Shown: positions 18,065-28,081, numbered from the stretch's first letter. The stretch is DNA of 64,000 nucleotides from an uncultured Candidatus Bathyarchaeia archaeon (GCA_964465575.1 CAYXIF010000001.1:15140-79139), one strand, 5' to 3'. Numbers and translations are program-made. The notes: generated by a model from the sequence alone, not told the origin.

Positions 18065-20308
18065 CTATCTGCCTAGATAAGCCTTGACAGCTATATCTTT
18101 TTCTAGTCTTTCCACGTGAAGCAGGAGCGTGCCGTCAGTTACCCGAACAGTCTCTCGACCGGTTACTTCCCCCGTATAGGTGCTCCACCACTCAACCACA
18201 TATTCGCCGTTCTGGAACCCCTGAAGCACAAGGCTTACATCCTTCGGGGCTCCAATTGTGACATTGTTGACTGCGTTCCACCAAGTGTTATCTTTGTTCT
18301 GTATCCAAACCAAGGCGAAGGTGCCGTTACTCAGTCCGATGACTCTGGTTTTGCTTATGCTCAGCACAGCTCCCGTGACTTTCAGAGAGTCGATTGTGAA
18401 CCAGTCGTTGCCAGAGTTGTCGATCCTTATCTGATGCTTGCCCGGAGGGATCGTCACCTTCACGTCTACGTTGTACTCGTTGACATGATCGGCATTCTTA
18501 CCGTCCTTATCTGCCAATGAGACTGTTTTCGCTAATGAGCCGTCTATGTAAATCTGCATCACAGCGCCTGAGTTGGCAACTGAGTTCACATGTACCACTG
18601 CTTCTCCGCCGTACGTGAGGTTGATGATGAACGTCGGGTTGTTCCTTAGCTCCGGATGGTACTGGCCTTGCACGAAAGCACTGAATTCAGAGAGGTTCGT
18701 CACGTTCCCGTAGAGGTCGACCTCAAACTGACTAGCTCTAGGTCTAGCCCATCCCAGACTCGGGTAGACTGTTAAGTCGCACAGGTCTTTGGGATCGATC
18801 TCCTCTGGCGGGATAATCCCTACTTCAAGGTTCTTGAATCCCTCCCTGTCAGGTTGGACTCCTTCGAGGAATCTGCTTAGGGCTCGAAAGTGATAGTACA
18901 GGTCAAAGGGGTGTATGTAGTTGTCCCACCACCAAAGCATCGCTGAACAAGCGGAGCCCGATAGAACCGAAGACCATATGCCATTGTGTATCTGAACTCC
19001 ATCCTTGTCTTTCGTCGTGTAGGGGTCGTCGAACCACCTCCAGTCGGCGCCGAATTCTGAGACTAAAGTCGGCTTGCCATAGCGCGTCAGAAGATCCCTT
19101 GTCCAGCTGTGCAGTGCTCCTGCGATGTCCAAGAAGCCCGATGGCCCATATCGGTGTACAGTTAGTAAGTCTATCGAGTTCAAACTACCAAACCGGGGAT
19201 CGGAACTTGTAGTGATCAGATGATTGTAGGGATCGATCTGCCTCAGGTACTGAACCACGTCGCCGTGCCATTCGGCGACTGCCCCAAAATCGTACTTGTC
19301 AGTTAGCTCAACTTCGTTCCAGAGTTCCCAAGCGAGAACATGAGTGTTGTACCCCCATCTGGCGACGATGTAAGCCAAACGCTTCTTGAACAGTTTCACT
19401 GCATCTTCGCTCTTGAAAAAGTCCTCAGGCCTTGAGACTGGTCCCCCATTCGCGGAGTTGTAAGGGTTGTTCCTCCACTGGGAGGTCATCCCTCCTGCTT
19501 GAAGCTGCCCATGGTTCATGAAGCAAAGGAGCACATAGATGTCCTTCTCTTCAGCGAGCCTGAGAACATAGTCTAGCCGCCAAGCTTCAGCCATGTCGTA
19601 TTCTCCAAGCGTCTTCCACTCGATGCTCATAGCCCAAGGAGCCATCCAAATCCGCGTAATCTTTTCTTTGTTTAGGCTCATCGAAGAGAACCATGCGTCA
19701 TAGTCATATGTGCCATTTGAACCGAACCAACAGACATTATGCCCTATCAAGATCAAAGATGTGTTGTCGTCAAACCGGAAGTACCGCCAGTCCTTGCCAC
19801 TAAGCCTAACGAATCCGCGGCTTCGTTGCGACGGGGAGACGGTGAAATATACGTCTGGCGTCGTTGCCTTCTTCTGTTCATTCTCCAACTGGGCATGGAA
19901 AGTGTACTTGCCAATCTCCGTCGGGGTGAATCTCACTTTCCAGTATGGTCTGCCGACCTCTGTGAGCTGTTCCTTGTTGCTCTCCAAGGCACGACTATAT
20001 TCTTGATAGTAGAATGCAGGAACGTTTAGGACATGTCCATTAGGAGTCGTGAACACGCCTGTCACATTCACCTCGTCGGGGCTGAACGGGTTCCTGAAGT
20101 TGGCGGTCACATTCAGGTCTATCTCTATAAGACCATAGAGTGGCACGGTTTGCAGGCTAACGCTTCTAATTGCCACCGATGGCATGACCAAGGCTCTCTC
20201 TCTTCCTGGCAGATAGAAATGAAACGCTAGGGCTATTATCGCTATTGCCCCGATCGCTGCTACAGAGAGAGAGGTTACTCGGCGCCTAGAAGCAAAGTGA
20301 TTTGCCAT
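18065..20308 (-). CDS. Membrane-anchored/secreted glycoside hydrolase, clan GH-A (GH5-like) TIM barrel with an N-terminal Ig-like (DUF5060-like) domain and C-terminal beta-sandwich domains
   Basis: 747 aa with an N-terminal TM/signal anchor (VAAIGAIAIIALAF). The candidate acid/base motif is WELWNEVE and the candidate nucleophile motif is TLVSEFG. The C-terminal ~200 aa are beta-rich. Confidence 0.72.
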   Translation of the reverse strand: MANHFASRRRVTSLSVAAIGAIAIIALAFHFYLPGRERALVMPSVAIRSVSLQTVPLYGLIEIDLNVTANFRNPFSPDEVNVTGVFTTPNGHVLNVPAFYYQEYSRALESNKEQLTEVGRPYWKVRFTPTEIGKYTFHAQLENEQKKATTPDVYFTVSPSQRSRGFVRLSGKDWRYFRFDDNTSLILIGHNVCWFGSNGTYDYDAWFSSMSLNKEKITRIWMAPWAMSIEWKTLGEYDMAEAWRLDYVLRLAEEKDIYVLLCFMNHGQLQAGGMTSQWRNNPYNSANGGPVSRPEDFFKSEDAVKLFKKRLAYIVARWGYNTHVLAWELWNEVELTDKYDFGAVAEWHGDVVQYLRQIDPYNHLITTSSDPRFGSLNSIDLLTVHRYGPSGFLDIAGALHSWTRDLLTRYGKPTLVSEFGADWRWFDDPYTTKDKDGVQIHNGIWSSVLSGSACSAMLWWWDNYIHPFDLYYHFRALSRFLEGVQPDREGFKNLEVGIIPPEEIDPKDLCDLTVYPSLGWARPRASQFEVDLYGNVTNLSEFSAFVQGQYHPELRNNPTFIINLTYGGEAVVHVNSVANSGAVMQIYIDGSLAKTVSLADKDGKNADHVNEYNVDVKVTIPPGKHQIRIDNSGNDWFTIDSLKVTGAVLSISKTRVIGLSNGTFALVWIQNKDNTWWNAVNNVTIGAPKDVSLVLQGFQNGEYVVEWWSTYTGEVTGRETVRVTDGTLLLHVERLEKDIAVKAYLGR

Positions 20309-20475
20309 GACAGAAAGCTGGGGAGAGAAGCGCCAAAAGCTTCCGCATCTTCGCGTCGGGCCCAGGACGCTTGCAGGTTCGTAACCCCAAGATGCATATT
20401 GAGATGTGAAGGCACTACGGAGCGATCTGCAATAGTGCTAAGACAAGGGTAGCATATGACGGCTCGAGTCTCACC

Positions 20476-21657
20476 CTACAAGTTCATGGTGTATAATAGC
20501 ATAAAGCTGACTGCAAGCGCGATCAGTGTCAAGGGAGTAACGGCTTTGAAGTAGTCTTTCATTCCGGTCTTGAACGACTCAACCGAAAGTGAGACGCATG
20601 GGTGCACGGGGGTTACGACGTAGCCAAGGAAGATGCCAAAGTAAAGTATGGCGAAAGCCGGGAGAGGTATGGCGCTGAACTTTGTGAGGAAGATTGGGAA
20701 GACTATGCCCGCAGGAGTAATTATCCTTCCAGTCCCGAACCCCAGAAGGAACGCCGTGGCAAGGAGGAATTCTGGCGTGATGCTAAGACTCCCTAAGAGT
20801 TGCGGGATTCCTGAACTCTTAAACACGTTCAGGAAGAATAATATGCCCACCATGGTGACCGCGAAATTCCAAGGCCTAGCTTGACGGACGATCCGACCGA
20901 AGTTCCCTAGTTGCATTCGTCCGATGAACAGAGCCATGACCAGACTGGTCGACACGCCAATCAGGGTTGATGCTTCTTCAACCGGCGGAGCAAAAAGTGC
21001 CTCGACCAAAATGTCTATTGTTGGGGCAACAAGCAATACAGCTAAAGGCACGAATAGTTTCTTGGCTGAAAATCTTCCGCTGTAGTCAATTCCTTCATGA
21101 GCCGCCCTGAGGAAAAAAAGGTAACCCAGCGCTAGAGAGAGCACAAGTGCCGGAACGAGGTACGGAACCGTCTGATAAGTGTCCAGCTGCGCTGCCTGAG
21201 CTGAGATTATCAGATCAGGCGACAAAGGGTAGACCAAGTACAGAACGTGACGGAACCAAACGTTAATTCCTGCTTTCTTCTCGTTTGGGATGTCTCTTCC
21301 AGCCTTCTCTACAAGTGGCGCTGAAAGAAGAGCGCCTCCAGGCATAGGAAGCAACCCGACTATTGCTGGGGAAAGCATCAGGAACGGTATCTTCCCTATC
21401 CTCATGTTGCTAACTAGGTTGTCTAACTGCCCCGAAGCTTTGAGGGATGCACCAATCACAGGGATCAGGGCAACTACCGCGGCCAGGAGAACAGTCGAGG
21501 GAGCGGTGATCGTCGAGGAGAATAGCATAGCCAAGTTCTGAGGTATGGTTGACGCGCCTAGGATCAAAGCGCCCAAGATCATGGCAATGCCCAGGTTTTT
21601 TTGGGAAATGACGAGTAGGGCAACCATTGCCAAGAAGAAGCCTACCCAAGCCGTCAA
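20476..21657 (-). CDS. Polytopic integral membrane protein, permease-like (possibly DUF401 / ion-transporter superfamily)
   Basis: 393 aa, hydrophobic throughout with about 10-12 predicted TM segments. No diagnostic motif recognised. Confidence 0.5.
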   Translation of the reverse strand: MTAWVGFFLAMVALLVISQKNLGIAMILGALILGASTIPQNLAMLFSSTITAPSTVLLAAVVALIPVIGASLKASGQLDNLVSNMRIGKIPFLMLSPAIVGLLPMPGGALLSAPLVEKAGRDIPNEKKAGINVWFRHVLYLVYPLSPDLIISAQAAQLDTYQTVPYLVPALVLSLALGYLFFLRAAHEGIDYSGRFSAKKLFVPLAVLLVAPTIDILVEALFAPPVEEASTLIGVSTSLVMALFIGRMQLGNFGRIVRQARPWNFAVTMVGILFFLNVFKSSGIPQLLGSLSITPEFLLATAFLLGFGTGRIITPAGIVFPIFLTKFSAIPLPAFAILYFGIFLGYVVTPVHPCVSLSVESFKTGMKDYFKAVTPLTLIALAVSFMLLYTMNL

Positions 21658-21751
21658 CCCGGTGTTGCACCTACGCCCTCCATATTTGACTCTTCACAGT
21701 TGTTGACAGTCACTAATAAGCGTTCAACAAGACAGTTCTCAAAGATCACGG

Positions 21752-22678
21752 TCAGAACTTGCGTATGAAAGGTTTGAGCTGCCACGCGGAATCGTAATCC
21801 TCAGAGAGATCAAAAGTGACGTAGGCGGCGTCACTATTGAAGTAGGGCGAGCCTTTCCTTGAGAAAAGGGTCAGGATCTTGCCGTCGTGGTTGATTTTGT
21901 ATCCTTCGTCTGTTGGTTCGTGTCCCCTGACGACGAAACGTACACCAAGCATCTTGACGAAAGCGTCTGTCACGTCCTTGCCGAAGAGGTTTCCAGCTCC
22001 CCTTGGTGAATGATGGATTCCAGTGAAGCCGTCAATCGGGTCACCCCAGAGAATCTCCTCAAGATGACTCTCGGCGGGATGCCTCTCGTACGCGTAGGCA
22101 ACATCGTCGGGCGCCTTAGCTTTGCTTGGAATCCCTCCGTGGAGCATCACGCATCTTTCATCAGCAAGTACAGCGGTGGGAAATTGCCTAAACAATCGGC
22201 CTAGCTCGTCATAGACGACGCGCCAGTCTGAGCGGAATCTTCTTTGCAGGTGCGAGGGCAGATCATGCGGGTAGGCCAGAAGGTCTTCGGGTCCTTCATG
22301 GTTGCCCTGTAGAAGCACAACCTTGTCTGGGAATTTGGCCTTCAGGTTCAAGACAGTGCAGTAGACCTCTGGCGAGTACGGGCCTCTGTCCCCATAGTCT
22401 CCGAGGAAGACTAGGTGTGCATCTTGCTGGTTCGAGGCCTTTTCCATGAAACTTGAATCAGCTAGAATGTAAGTTAGGGAGGCGAAGTCGCCGTGCAAGT
22501 CGCCGACAACCGTTACTTCTCCTGACCTTGGGAGACGGATCAACCTTCCAGTCATCTGCAGCATTCCGAGTTTTCTTGTTTCGTCTTTGAGGACTTGACT
22601 CACTTCACTGATGAGCTGGAGGAAGACTTTTGAATTCATCGTCTTTGCATCGCCAACGAGCTCGGAAAGAGTTCTCAT
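21752..22678 (-). CDS. PPP-family serine/threonine protein phosphatase (metallophosphoesterase)
   Basis: 308 aa carrying the three PPP signature motifs GDLHGD, GDYGDRG and GNHE in the canonical order. Confidence 0.85.
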   Translation of the reverse strand: MRTLSELVGDAKTMNSKVFLQLISEVSQVLKDETRKLGMLQMTGRLIRLPRSGEVTVVGDLHGDFASLTYILADSSFMEKASNQQDAHLVFLGDYGDRGPYSPEVYCTVLNLKAKFPDKVVLLQGNHEGPEDLLAYPHDLPSHLQRRFRSDWRVVYDELGRLFRQFPTAVLADERCVMLHGGIPSKAKAPDDVAYAYERHPAESHLEEILWGDPIDGFTGIHHSPRGAGNLFGKDVTDAFVKMLGVRFVVRGHEPTDEGYKINHDGKILTLFSRKGSPYFNSDAAYVTFDLSEDYDSAWQLKPFIRKF

Positions 22679-22760
22679 TCGGACTCTGGTTCAAGATTCC
22701 GAGACAGATATATTAAGGTTTGAGGTATCAAGTAGGCGACTTGGTTGAGGGGCGAATGCT

Positions 22761-23813
22761 TTGCCTGCCTTTCCAAAAGTGAGCTTTGAGGAAACTCTAG
22801 AGAAGTATGTCTTGCCTTCAGCGTGCATAGGTTGCGCCTCATGCGCGGTTGTGTGCCCCTTCAACTGTCTTGATTACATCAACGAGAAACCAGCTCTGGT
22901 GAAGGAATGCAAATCGTGTGGCATATGTGCTCAAGTCTGCCCCAGATATGGCGTCTCATTGCCCGCTCTGGAGAAGCTCGTCTTTGGCAGGGAAAGAAAA
23001 GCGGACGAAGACTTCGGCATCTACAGACGCATGGTTATTGCGCAGACCAAGGACGAGACCATAATGAGAGCCTGCCAAGACGGCGGAGTTGTCACAACCC
23101 TTCTAGTTCACGCTTTGGAAAAAGGACTAATCGACGGCGCGGTTGTCTCGGGGGTCGTCGAAGAGAATCCATTGAGACCTGTCCCAAAGCTGGCCACAAC
23201 TAGAGCAGATATCGTTGGAAGCGCCGGAACAAGGTACTCGTACTCGCCGAACATGCTCGCACTTGGAGAGGGCATCCAACAGAAAAGGAAGGGCCTAGCG
23301 CTTGTGGGCACCCCATGCCAGATGCACGCAATCAGGAGAGTAGAAGCCATCCCGCTGAGGAAGTACTCTGATGCCCTAAGCTTCGCGGTTGGCGTCTTCT
23401 GTAGCGAATGCTTCGCTTATGATGCGTTCGTCGGGGAACTGATCCAAGGCAAACTCGGGATTAACCCGCTCGAAGTGAAGAAGGTCAACATAAAAGGAAA
23501 ACTCGTCGTAACAGCGAAATCAGGTGCAGTCGCTACGGTCCCTCTGCAAGAAGCAAAGAAGTACGCCAGCAAATGCGTCAAAAAGTGCCCTGATTTCTCC
23601 GCCGAGCTGGCTGATATATCAGCGGGAGGACTAGGTTTGGACGGATGGACGCTCACCATTCTGCGTACCCAGAAAGGTGAAGATCTCTTTAGAGAAGTCG
23701 AGTCGGCAGGACTGTTAGCAACAAGGCCAGCTGAGGAGGACAAAAGAGTCCTCGACCTGTTGGTTGGGTTGTCAGCAAGAAAACGTGAAACCGCTACGGC
23801 ACTGGAGCTCTAA
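22761..23813 (+). CDS. FrhB/FdhB-family F420-binding oxidoreductase subunit with an N-terminal 2x[4Fe-4S] ferredoxin domain
   Basis: 350 aa with a TTG start. The motifs CIGCASCAVVCP and CKSCGICAQVCP are followed by FrhB_FdhB-like N and C regions (DGGVVTTLL, GTPCQMHAIR, CPDFSAELADISAGG). Confidence 0.8.
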   Translation: MPAFPKVSFEETLEKYVLPSACIGCASCAVVCPFNCLDYINEKPALVKECKSCGICAQVCPRYGVSLPALEKLVFGRERKADEDFGIYRRMVIAQTKDETIMRACQDGGVVTTLLVHALEKGLIDGAVVSGVVEENPLRPVPKLATTRADIVGSAGTRYSYSPNMLALGEGIQQKRKGLALVGTPCQMHAIRRVEAIPLRKYSDALSFAVGVFCSECFAYDAFVGELIQGKLGINPLEVKKVNIKGKLVVTAKSGAVATVPLQEAKKYASKCVKKCPDFSAELADISAGGLGLDGWTLTILRTQKGEDLFREVESAGLLATRPAEEDKRVLDLLVGLSARKRETATALEL

Positions 23814-23920
23814 TCTCCCTCTGCTCGCATCATCATAGTGGGGGGCGCTTTACTCATTTTTGAGTAGCAACTCTTAAGTAATAAGACGGAGAGACGGGAA
23901 AGACGAGGGAAGCAACTGAG

Positions 23921-24499
23921 ATGGATTCCAAGACGATAGCGCTCGTGGCTTTGATGGGCGCACTCGGAAATATCCTGTTCGGGCTATCAAACTATCTAGG
24001 ACCGCTTGTTCCTGGAGTCTCAATCGACCTTTCGCATATTCCGACTTTCATCGCAGCACTTTACGGAGGACCAGCAGTGGGCTTCGCAGCTGGATTGATT
24101 GTGGGAATCTTCCCAGGAATCCAGTATGGTCCGCTTTCGCCTTTTGGGTCTTGGATCGCACTCATTGGGCTTCCAGTTGGGAAGGCGCTTACAGGACTCA
24201 CATCCGGGCTGGTTTACCAAGTTCTGGAAATGGATCGAAGAAACCGCAGATCGCTTCTCACAGTTCCTCTAGTGCTGGTCTCATATGTTCCAGAGGCAAT
24301 CTTCACCGTCTTCTACTTCGTTACATTGCTGCCGTATGTTGTCGGAAGAGGAGGAGCAGGTATGCTCATGTTTATCCTGCCTAAGGCCTGGGCAGAGATA
24401 ACCTTCATGAGCTTCTTCATGGCAGCTCTCGTCGGGAATCAAGGCTTCAATAGCTTCGTCGCCAACCACTTCGGCCATAAAAGCAAACCGAAACCCTGA
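23921..24499 (+). CDS. Small integral membrane protein (about 5-6 TM; resembles ECF-transporter S components, weak call)
   Basis: 192 aa, Gly-rich and hydrophobic (ALVALMGALGNILFG, FIAALYGGPAVGFAAGLIVG). It sits 107 nt downstream of the FrhB-like gene on the same strand. Confidence 0.5.
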   Translation: MDSKTIALVALMGALGNILFGLSNYLGPLVPGVSIDLSHIPTFIAALYGGPAVGFAAGLIVGIFPGIQYGPLSPFGSWIALIGLPVGKALTGLTSGLVYQVLEMDRRNRRSLLTVPLVLVSYVPEAIFTVFYFVTLLPYVVGRGGAGMLMFILPKAWAEITFMSFFMAALVGNQGFNSFVANHFGHKSKPKP

Positions 24500-24560
24500 T
24501 AGGTTTCTTGGGCTTGCATTCTCCCCTAGCCTGAGAAGTCAGTACAGCGAGATCTTCGCC

Positions 24561-25505
24561 TCAAGGAGCCGCTGATCTCTTCAGGACTTCTATGTTGAGC
24601 TTGCCAGCTCCAAATGCCTTTCCTGTGATAGCACTGGTGATCACCATTATGGCGGGCGCAAAGAGAGCTGGATCAATCTTGTAGAAGTCAAACCCCGCTT
24701 CTTCGAAGATCTCCGCGAAAGGCCGCCCGTACTGCTCTGAGGCAGAAGAAACCGATTGTCCTGCAAGCGCCACGAGCTCGTTGTCATCCTCGCATTGTAC
24801 GGTCAAATGCACTTCGCCTCCGTACAGTATGGCATCGTTCGTTCTTCCCATGGCTTTAGCAGTGTCCGAGTGGACGGGCAGAATCGGCGCACACCCTTCT
24901 GCGCCGACGATAAGCTTAGGATCGAAGCCCAATTCAGAAAGCTTGTGAACGCCCGTCTCGGCGATTCTACCTGAGATTTGAGTGAACCCAACAAGTGATG
25001 ATGTCGGCGCCAAAATCAGGAAGAGGTTCTGAGGCGAGATCCGGCAAGAACTGGAGATAACGGCCACTGCTTCTTCAGACGGCTTCTCGGAGGTCTCAAG
25101 CACAAGGACTGCTACGTCGGATTCGTCCTTGTAGCCAATCTTCTCGAAAACAGACTTGGGCTTCAAAGCCAAGGCGCGTGCTGGACCTGAACCGATCGCA
25201 GAGAAGTCGCCGATCTTGATTTTCCACCCTGCTAGCTGAGCCCCAAGCAGGGATATGGCGGGATAGTTCGTTGAAAAAGAGATCAAAGGTAGCTTCATGT
25301 TTCCAAAAGCCTTGGTGGAGATTGTAGCCTTGCCAAGTCCGCCGGCACAGATCTCAGTCACAAGCCTGCCCGCCTCAATGCCGGCGGGAACTCTTATCCC
25401 GGCATCTATGAAGCATGCGCCCTGATCATTCCTTTCGACGAGCACTCCGTATTCGTCTGCTTTGCAACAAAGCTCCCTAACGAGTGGTAGTGCTTTGCGG
25501 TTCAC
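24561..25505 (-). CDS. mch: Methenyltetrahydromethanopterin cyclohydrolase
   Basis: 314 aa that aligns along its length with Mch sequences I recall. Shared segments include LGAQLAGWKI, AIGSGPARALALKPK, DVAVLVLE, LAPTSSLVGFTQISGR, AMGRTNDAILYGG and DFYKIDPALFAPA. Confidence 0.92.
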   Translation of the reverse strand: MNRKALPLVRELCCKADEYGVLVERNDQGACFIDAGIRVPAGIEAGRLVTEICAGGLGKATISTKAFGNMKLPLISFSTNYPAISLLGAQLAGWKIKIGDFSAIGSGPARALALKPKSVFEKIGYKDESDVAVLVLETSEKPSEEAVAVISSSCRISPQNLFLILAPTSSLVGFTQISGRIAETGVHKLSELGFDPKLIVGAEGCAPILPVHSDTAKAMGRTNDAILYGGEVHLTVQCEDDNELVALAGQSVSSASEQYGRPFAEIFEEAGFDFYKIDPALFAPAIMVITSAITGKAFGAGKLNIEVLKRSAAP

Positions 25506-25546
25506 ACTTGGCGCAGACGTGATATCGCCTCCTGGTGGTGTAGTTC

Positions 25547-26362
25547 TTAGAGATACTTTTCATAGAAGCTTAGGTGCGGATTCTTGTCCTTCGCAATGAA
25601 CAGTCTCCCCTTGCCATCGTCGGCGATGTCTCCAGTGAATAAGTAGAAGGGCCCTGTCACTTTCTCCCCGTCAGTCCTAGCTGTGGGTCGAATGCTATCA
25701 ATGGTGAACGTGGGCAAGATCGATTCGACACGTCCACAGATGATTACTCTGCCATCAAGCATGCCAGCGCCAGGTCGACACTTGGAGTCTCCTTGGATGA
25801 GTATGGTTCCGTCTCTCATGTGGATACCTGCGAAATCCCCGACGCTCCCGTCCACCTTGAGGAGTCCCCCCCTCATGTAGCACCCGACCTCATTTCCAGC
25901 GTCGCCGTGTATGAGCACCGATCCGTTCTTCATCCCTTCGGTGCTACCTCTGTAGGGCCCCCCCACATAGTCGGCGGCTGACCCATTAACCTCAATTCTG
26001 CCGCCTTCCATCGAGGATCCGGCCCATGAATCGACATTTCCTTTGACAATGATCTCGCCGCCCTTCATATATTCCCCCAGCCTTAAGCCAACATCGCCCT
26101 CTATGACGATTGTTCCTATCGTCATTTCTGCGCCAACCATGCGAACCTTCCGGAGATCCCCCCTGATCTGCAAGGTGACATTCTCGGACTCGTTCGCATC
26201 ACCACACTCTACGTCGAAGAGGCTTCCTAAACTTCGTCGTTTGTTTCCTTCCCATACCTCTAGCTCCAGTATCTCTGACAAGGATTTGCCCACAAAAATA
26301 TCGGGTGATATGCATTCGGCGTAGACTGGGTATCTGAAAGAGTACCTGGGGCTCAGAGTCAC
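25547..26362 (-). CDS. fwdC: Formylmethanofuran dehydrogenase subunit C
   Basis: 271 aa of repeated G-rich beta-helix units (GDVGLRLGEYMKGGEIIVKGNV, GDAGNEVGCYMRGGLLKVDGSVGDFAG), as in FwdC/FmdC and the GltB C-terminal domain. Confidence 0.9.
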   Translation of the reverse strand: MTLSPRYSFRYPVYAECISPDIFVGKSLSEILELEVWEGNKRRSLGSLFDVECGDANESENVTLQIRGDLRKVRMVGAEMTIGTIVIEGDVGLRLGEYMKGGEIIVKGNVDSWAGSSMEGGRIEVNGSAADYVGGPYRGSTEGMKNGSVLIHGDAGNEVGCYMRGGLLKVDGSVGDFAGIHMRDGTILIQGDSKCRPGAGMLDGRVIICGRVESILPTFTIDSIRPTARTDGEKVTGPFYLFTGDIADDGKGRLFIAKDKNPHLSFYEKYL

Positions 26363-26371
26363 AAGGATGCT

Positions 26372-28081
26372 TCATACCTCCAGTTTGACTGGGATTGGTG
26401 CCGAGGCTTTTAGGAACCTTTCTGGGATGAAGTAGTTCTCGAACTCAACAGTCCAGTACTCCCTGAACTTCCTCTTGAGGTCTCGAAGGACTTCAGGGCA
26501 GGATTCGGCTTCCAGGCAAGATGGGATTTGAGGAGCGGTCCAGAAAGTTCTTCCTTCAGCCGGTTGCACTATGGCATCGGCTCTAGACACGATCTTGCCG
26601 CCTTTGATCGTACATGCAGTTTTTTCAAATGCCTTGCGGAGTGTGGTGCGAGCTTTAGAGATATCCGTCTTCTTGGCGTTCAAATCATAGATGGCTACAT
26701 CCGCGTCAGCTCCAACACCCAAGTGTCCTTTGTTTTTGAGACCCAGTGCTTTCGCTTGCCCAGCTCGTGTCACGATGGCTATCTCATGAAGGTCGTATTC
26801 CCTGTCGATGCTGGGGAGCAGTGATCTGCTTCTGGCTTTCCTGCTGACAGTCTTGAGCGTTCTGTCTCGGGCTTTGCGGCTCGCCAGCCAAGAGATAATC
26901 TTGGGATAGGTGAAGAAAGGTGCACCGTTGGGATGATCAGTGGTTAGATAGATCTTCCAAGGGTCTTCGATGAGGAGGGCGAGTTCAAGCGCAATCGACC
27001 ACATGGTTGCGTGAACAGAGCTGGTTCGCCTATACCTGAAGGGAACTATACCCGCGCCCGTTTCAGTCTCCACATCATGGTTGAGCCACTTGTTTCCGCT
27101 TAGCTCATGCAACGTGTATTGCCATGGGCCGTCGGCTGTCATCGTCGTTGTGTCCGTGAAGACTACCTGTCCCATGTCAAGTGTCACATGGGCGCGGTGG
27201 TTCACATACTTGGCTATCTCTTCTGCTCCTGATCTCAAGGTTCCCCAATCGTCCCCTTTGAAGGCGCTGAATTGGCAGTGTGTTACATGAATCGTGGGGC
27301 GATCACCAGCCGCCAAGTCTTCCACGCATTTCATGGTTTCAATCGCCATATCATAGTTGCCAGGTTGTCCCAAGCGGTTCGTATGTACATGGATCGTGTG
27401 CGGCATGTTCAGCATCTGGTTGACCTTGCACAGCCCTCGGATGATCTCTCGAGGAGTGATGCCGAAGTTTGGGACGGCATCATCTAAGTCCTTGACGTTT
27501 CTTCCGAAGCCCCAAGCTTCAACGCCGCCGGGGTTGACAATCTTGATAGCGTAACCTTTCGTTGCCAATAGCATCCACGCAACGTGAGAAGCGCACTCTT
27601 TGATCTGTCCGTCCCTGAGGTATTCCAGAACGAACCACCAATCCCCAAATAGCGGAAACGTAGCCTTGTCGACAATCGGGGTGTCATCAAGCTCCTCGTG
27701 CGTATGCCTTGCTTCGAGCGGCGGCATGGAAGGGTTGCAGATCATAGTGTACCCCATCCGCGCGTACCGGTAGCCAGTCGTGAAAGTAGAAGGTATGGAA
27801 TGACCCACGCCTGATCTTGTGGTTGCGGTTCTGGCTTCCACATCCTTGACATGGTCTTCGGGCCTGAGAAGCCTTCCTGCGTTTACTTCTGAGCCGGCGA
27901 TGTGGGTGTGAATGTCGACCCCTCCTGGCATCACAACCATTCCGGAAGCATCGATAACCCTTGCTTTTCTTTGGCACACCTTCTCAACAATCTTGCCGTT
28001 CTCTATCGCGATATCCATTCTGTCCCCTTTTACGTTGTTGGCTGGGTCGTACACGAACCCGTTCTTCACCAGCAAGCTCAT
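26372..28081 (-). CDS. fwdA: Formylmethanofuran dehydrogenase subunit A (amidohydrolase fold)
   Basis: 569 aa with N-terminal LVKNGFVYDP...GGVDIHTHIAG metal-binding motifs. The size and pattern match FwdA/FmdA. Confidence 0.92.
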   Translation of the reverse strand: MSLLVKNGFVYDPANNVKGDRMDIAIENGKIVEKVCQRKARVIDASGMVVMPGGVDIHTHIAGSEVNAGRLLRPEDHVKDVEARTATTRSGVGHSIPSTFTTGYRYARMGYTMICNPSMPPLEARHTHEELDDTPIVDKATFPLFGDWWFVLEYLRDGQIKECASHVAWMLLATKGYAIKIVNPGGVEAWGFGRNVKDLDDAVPNFGITPREIIRGLCKVNQMLNMPHTIHVHTNRLGQPGNYDMAIETMKCVEDLAAGDRPTIHVTHCQFSAFKGDDWGTLRSGAEEIAKYVNHRAHVTLDMGQVVFTDTTTMTADGPWQYTLHELSGNKWLNHDVETETGAGIVPFRYRRTSSVHATMWSIALELALLIEDPWKIYLTTDHPNGAPFFTYPKIISWLASRKARDRTLKTVSRKARSRSLLPSIDREYDLHEIAIVTRAGQAKALGLKNKGHLGVGADADVAIYDLNAKKTDISKARTTLRKAFEKTACTIKGGKIVSRADAIVQPAEGRTFWTAPQIPSCLEAESCPEVLRDLKRKFREYWTVEFENYFIPERFLKASAPIPVKLEV

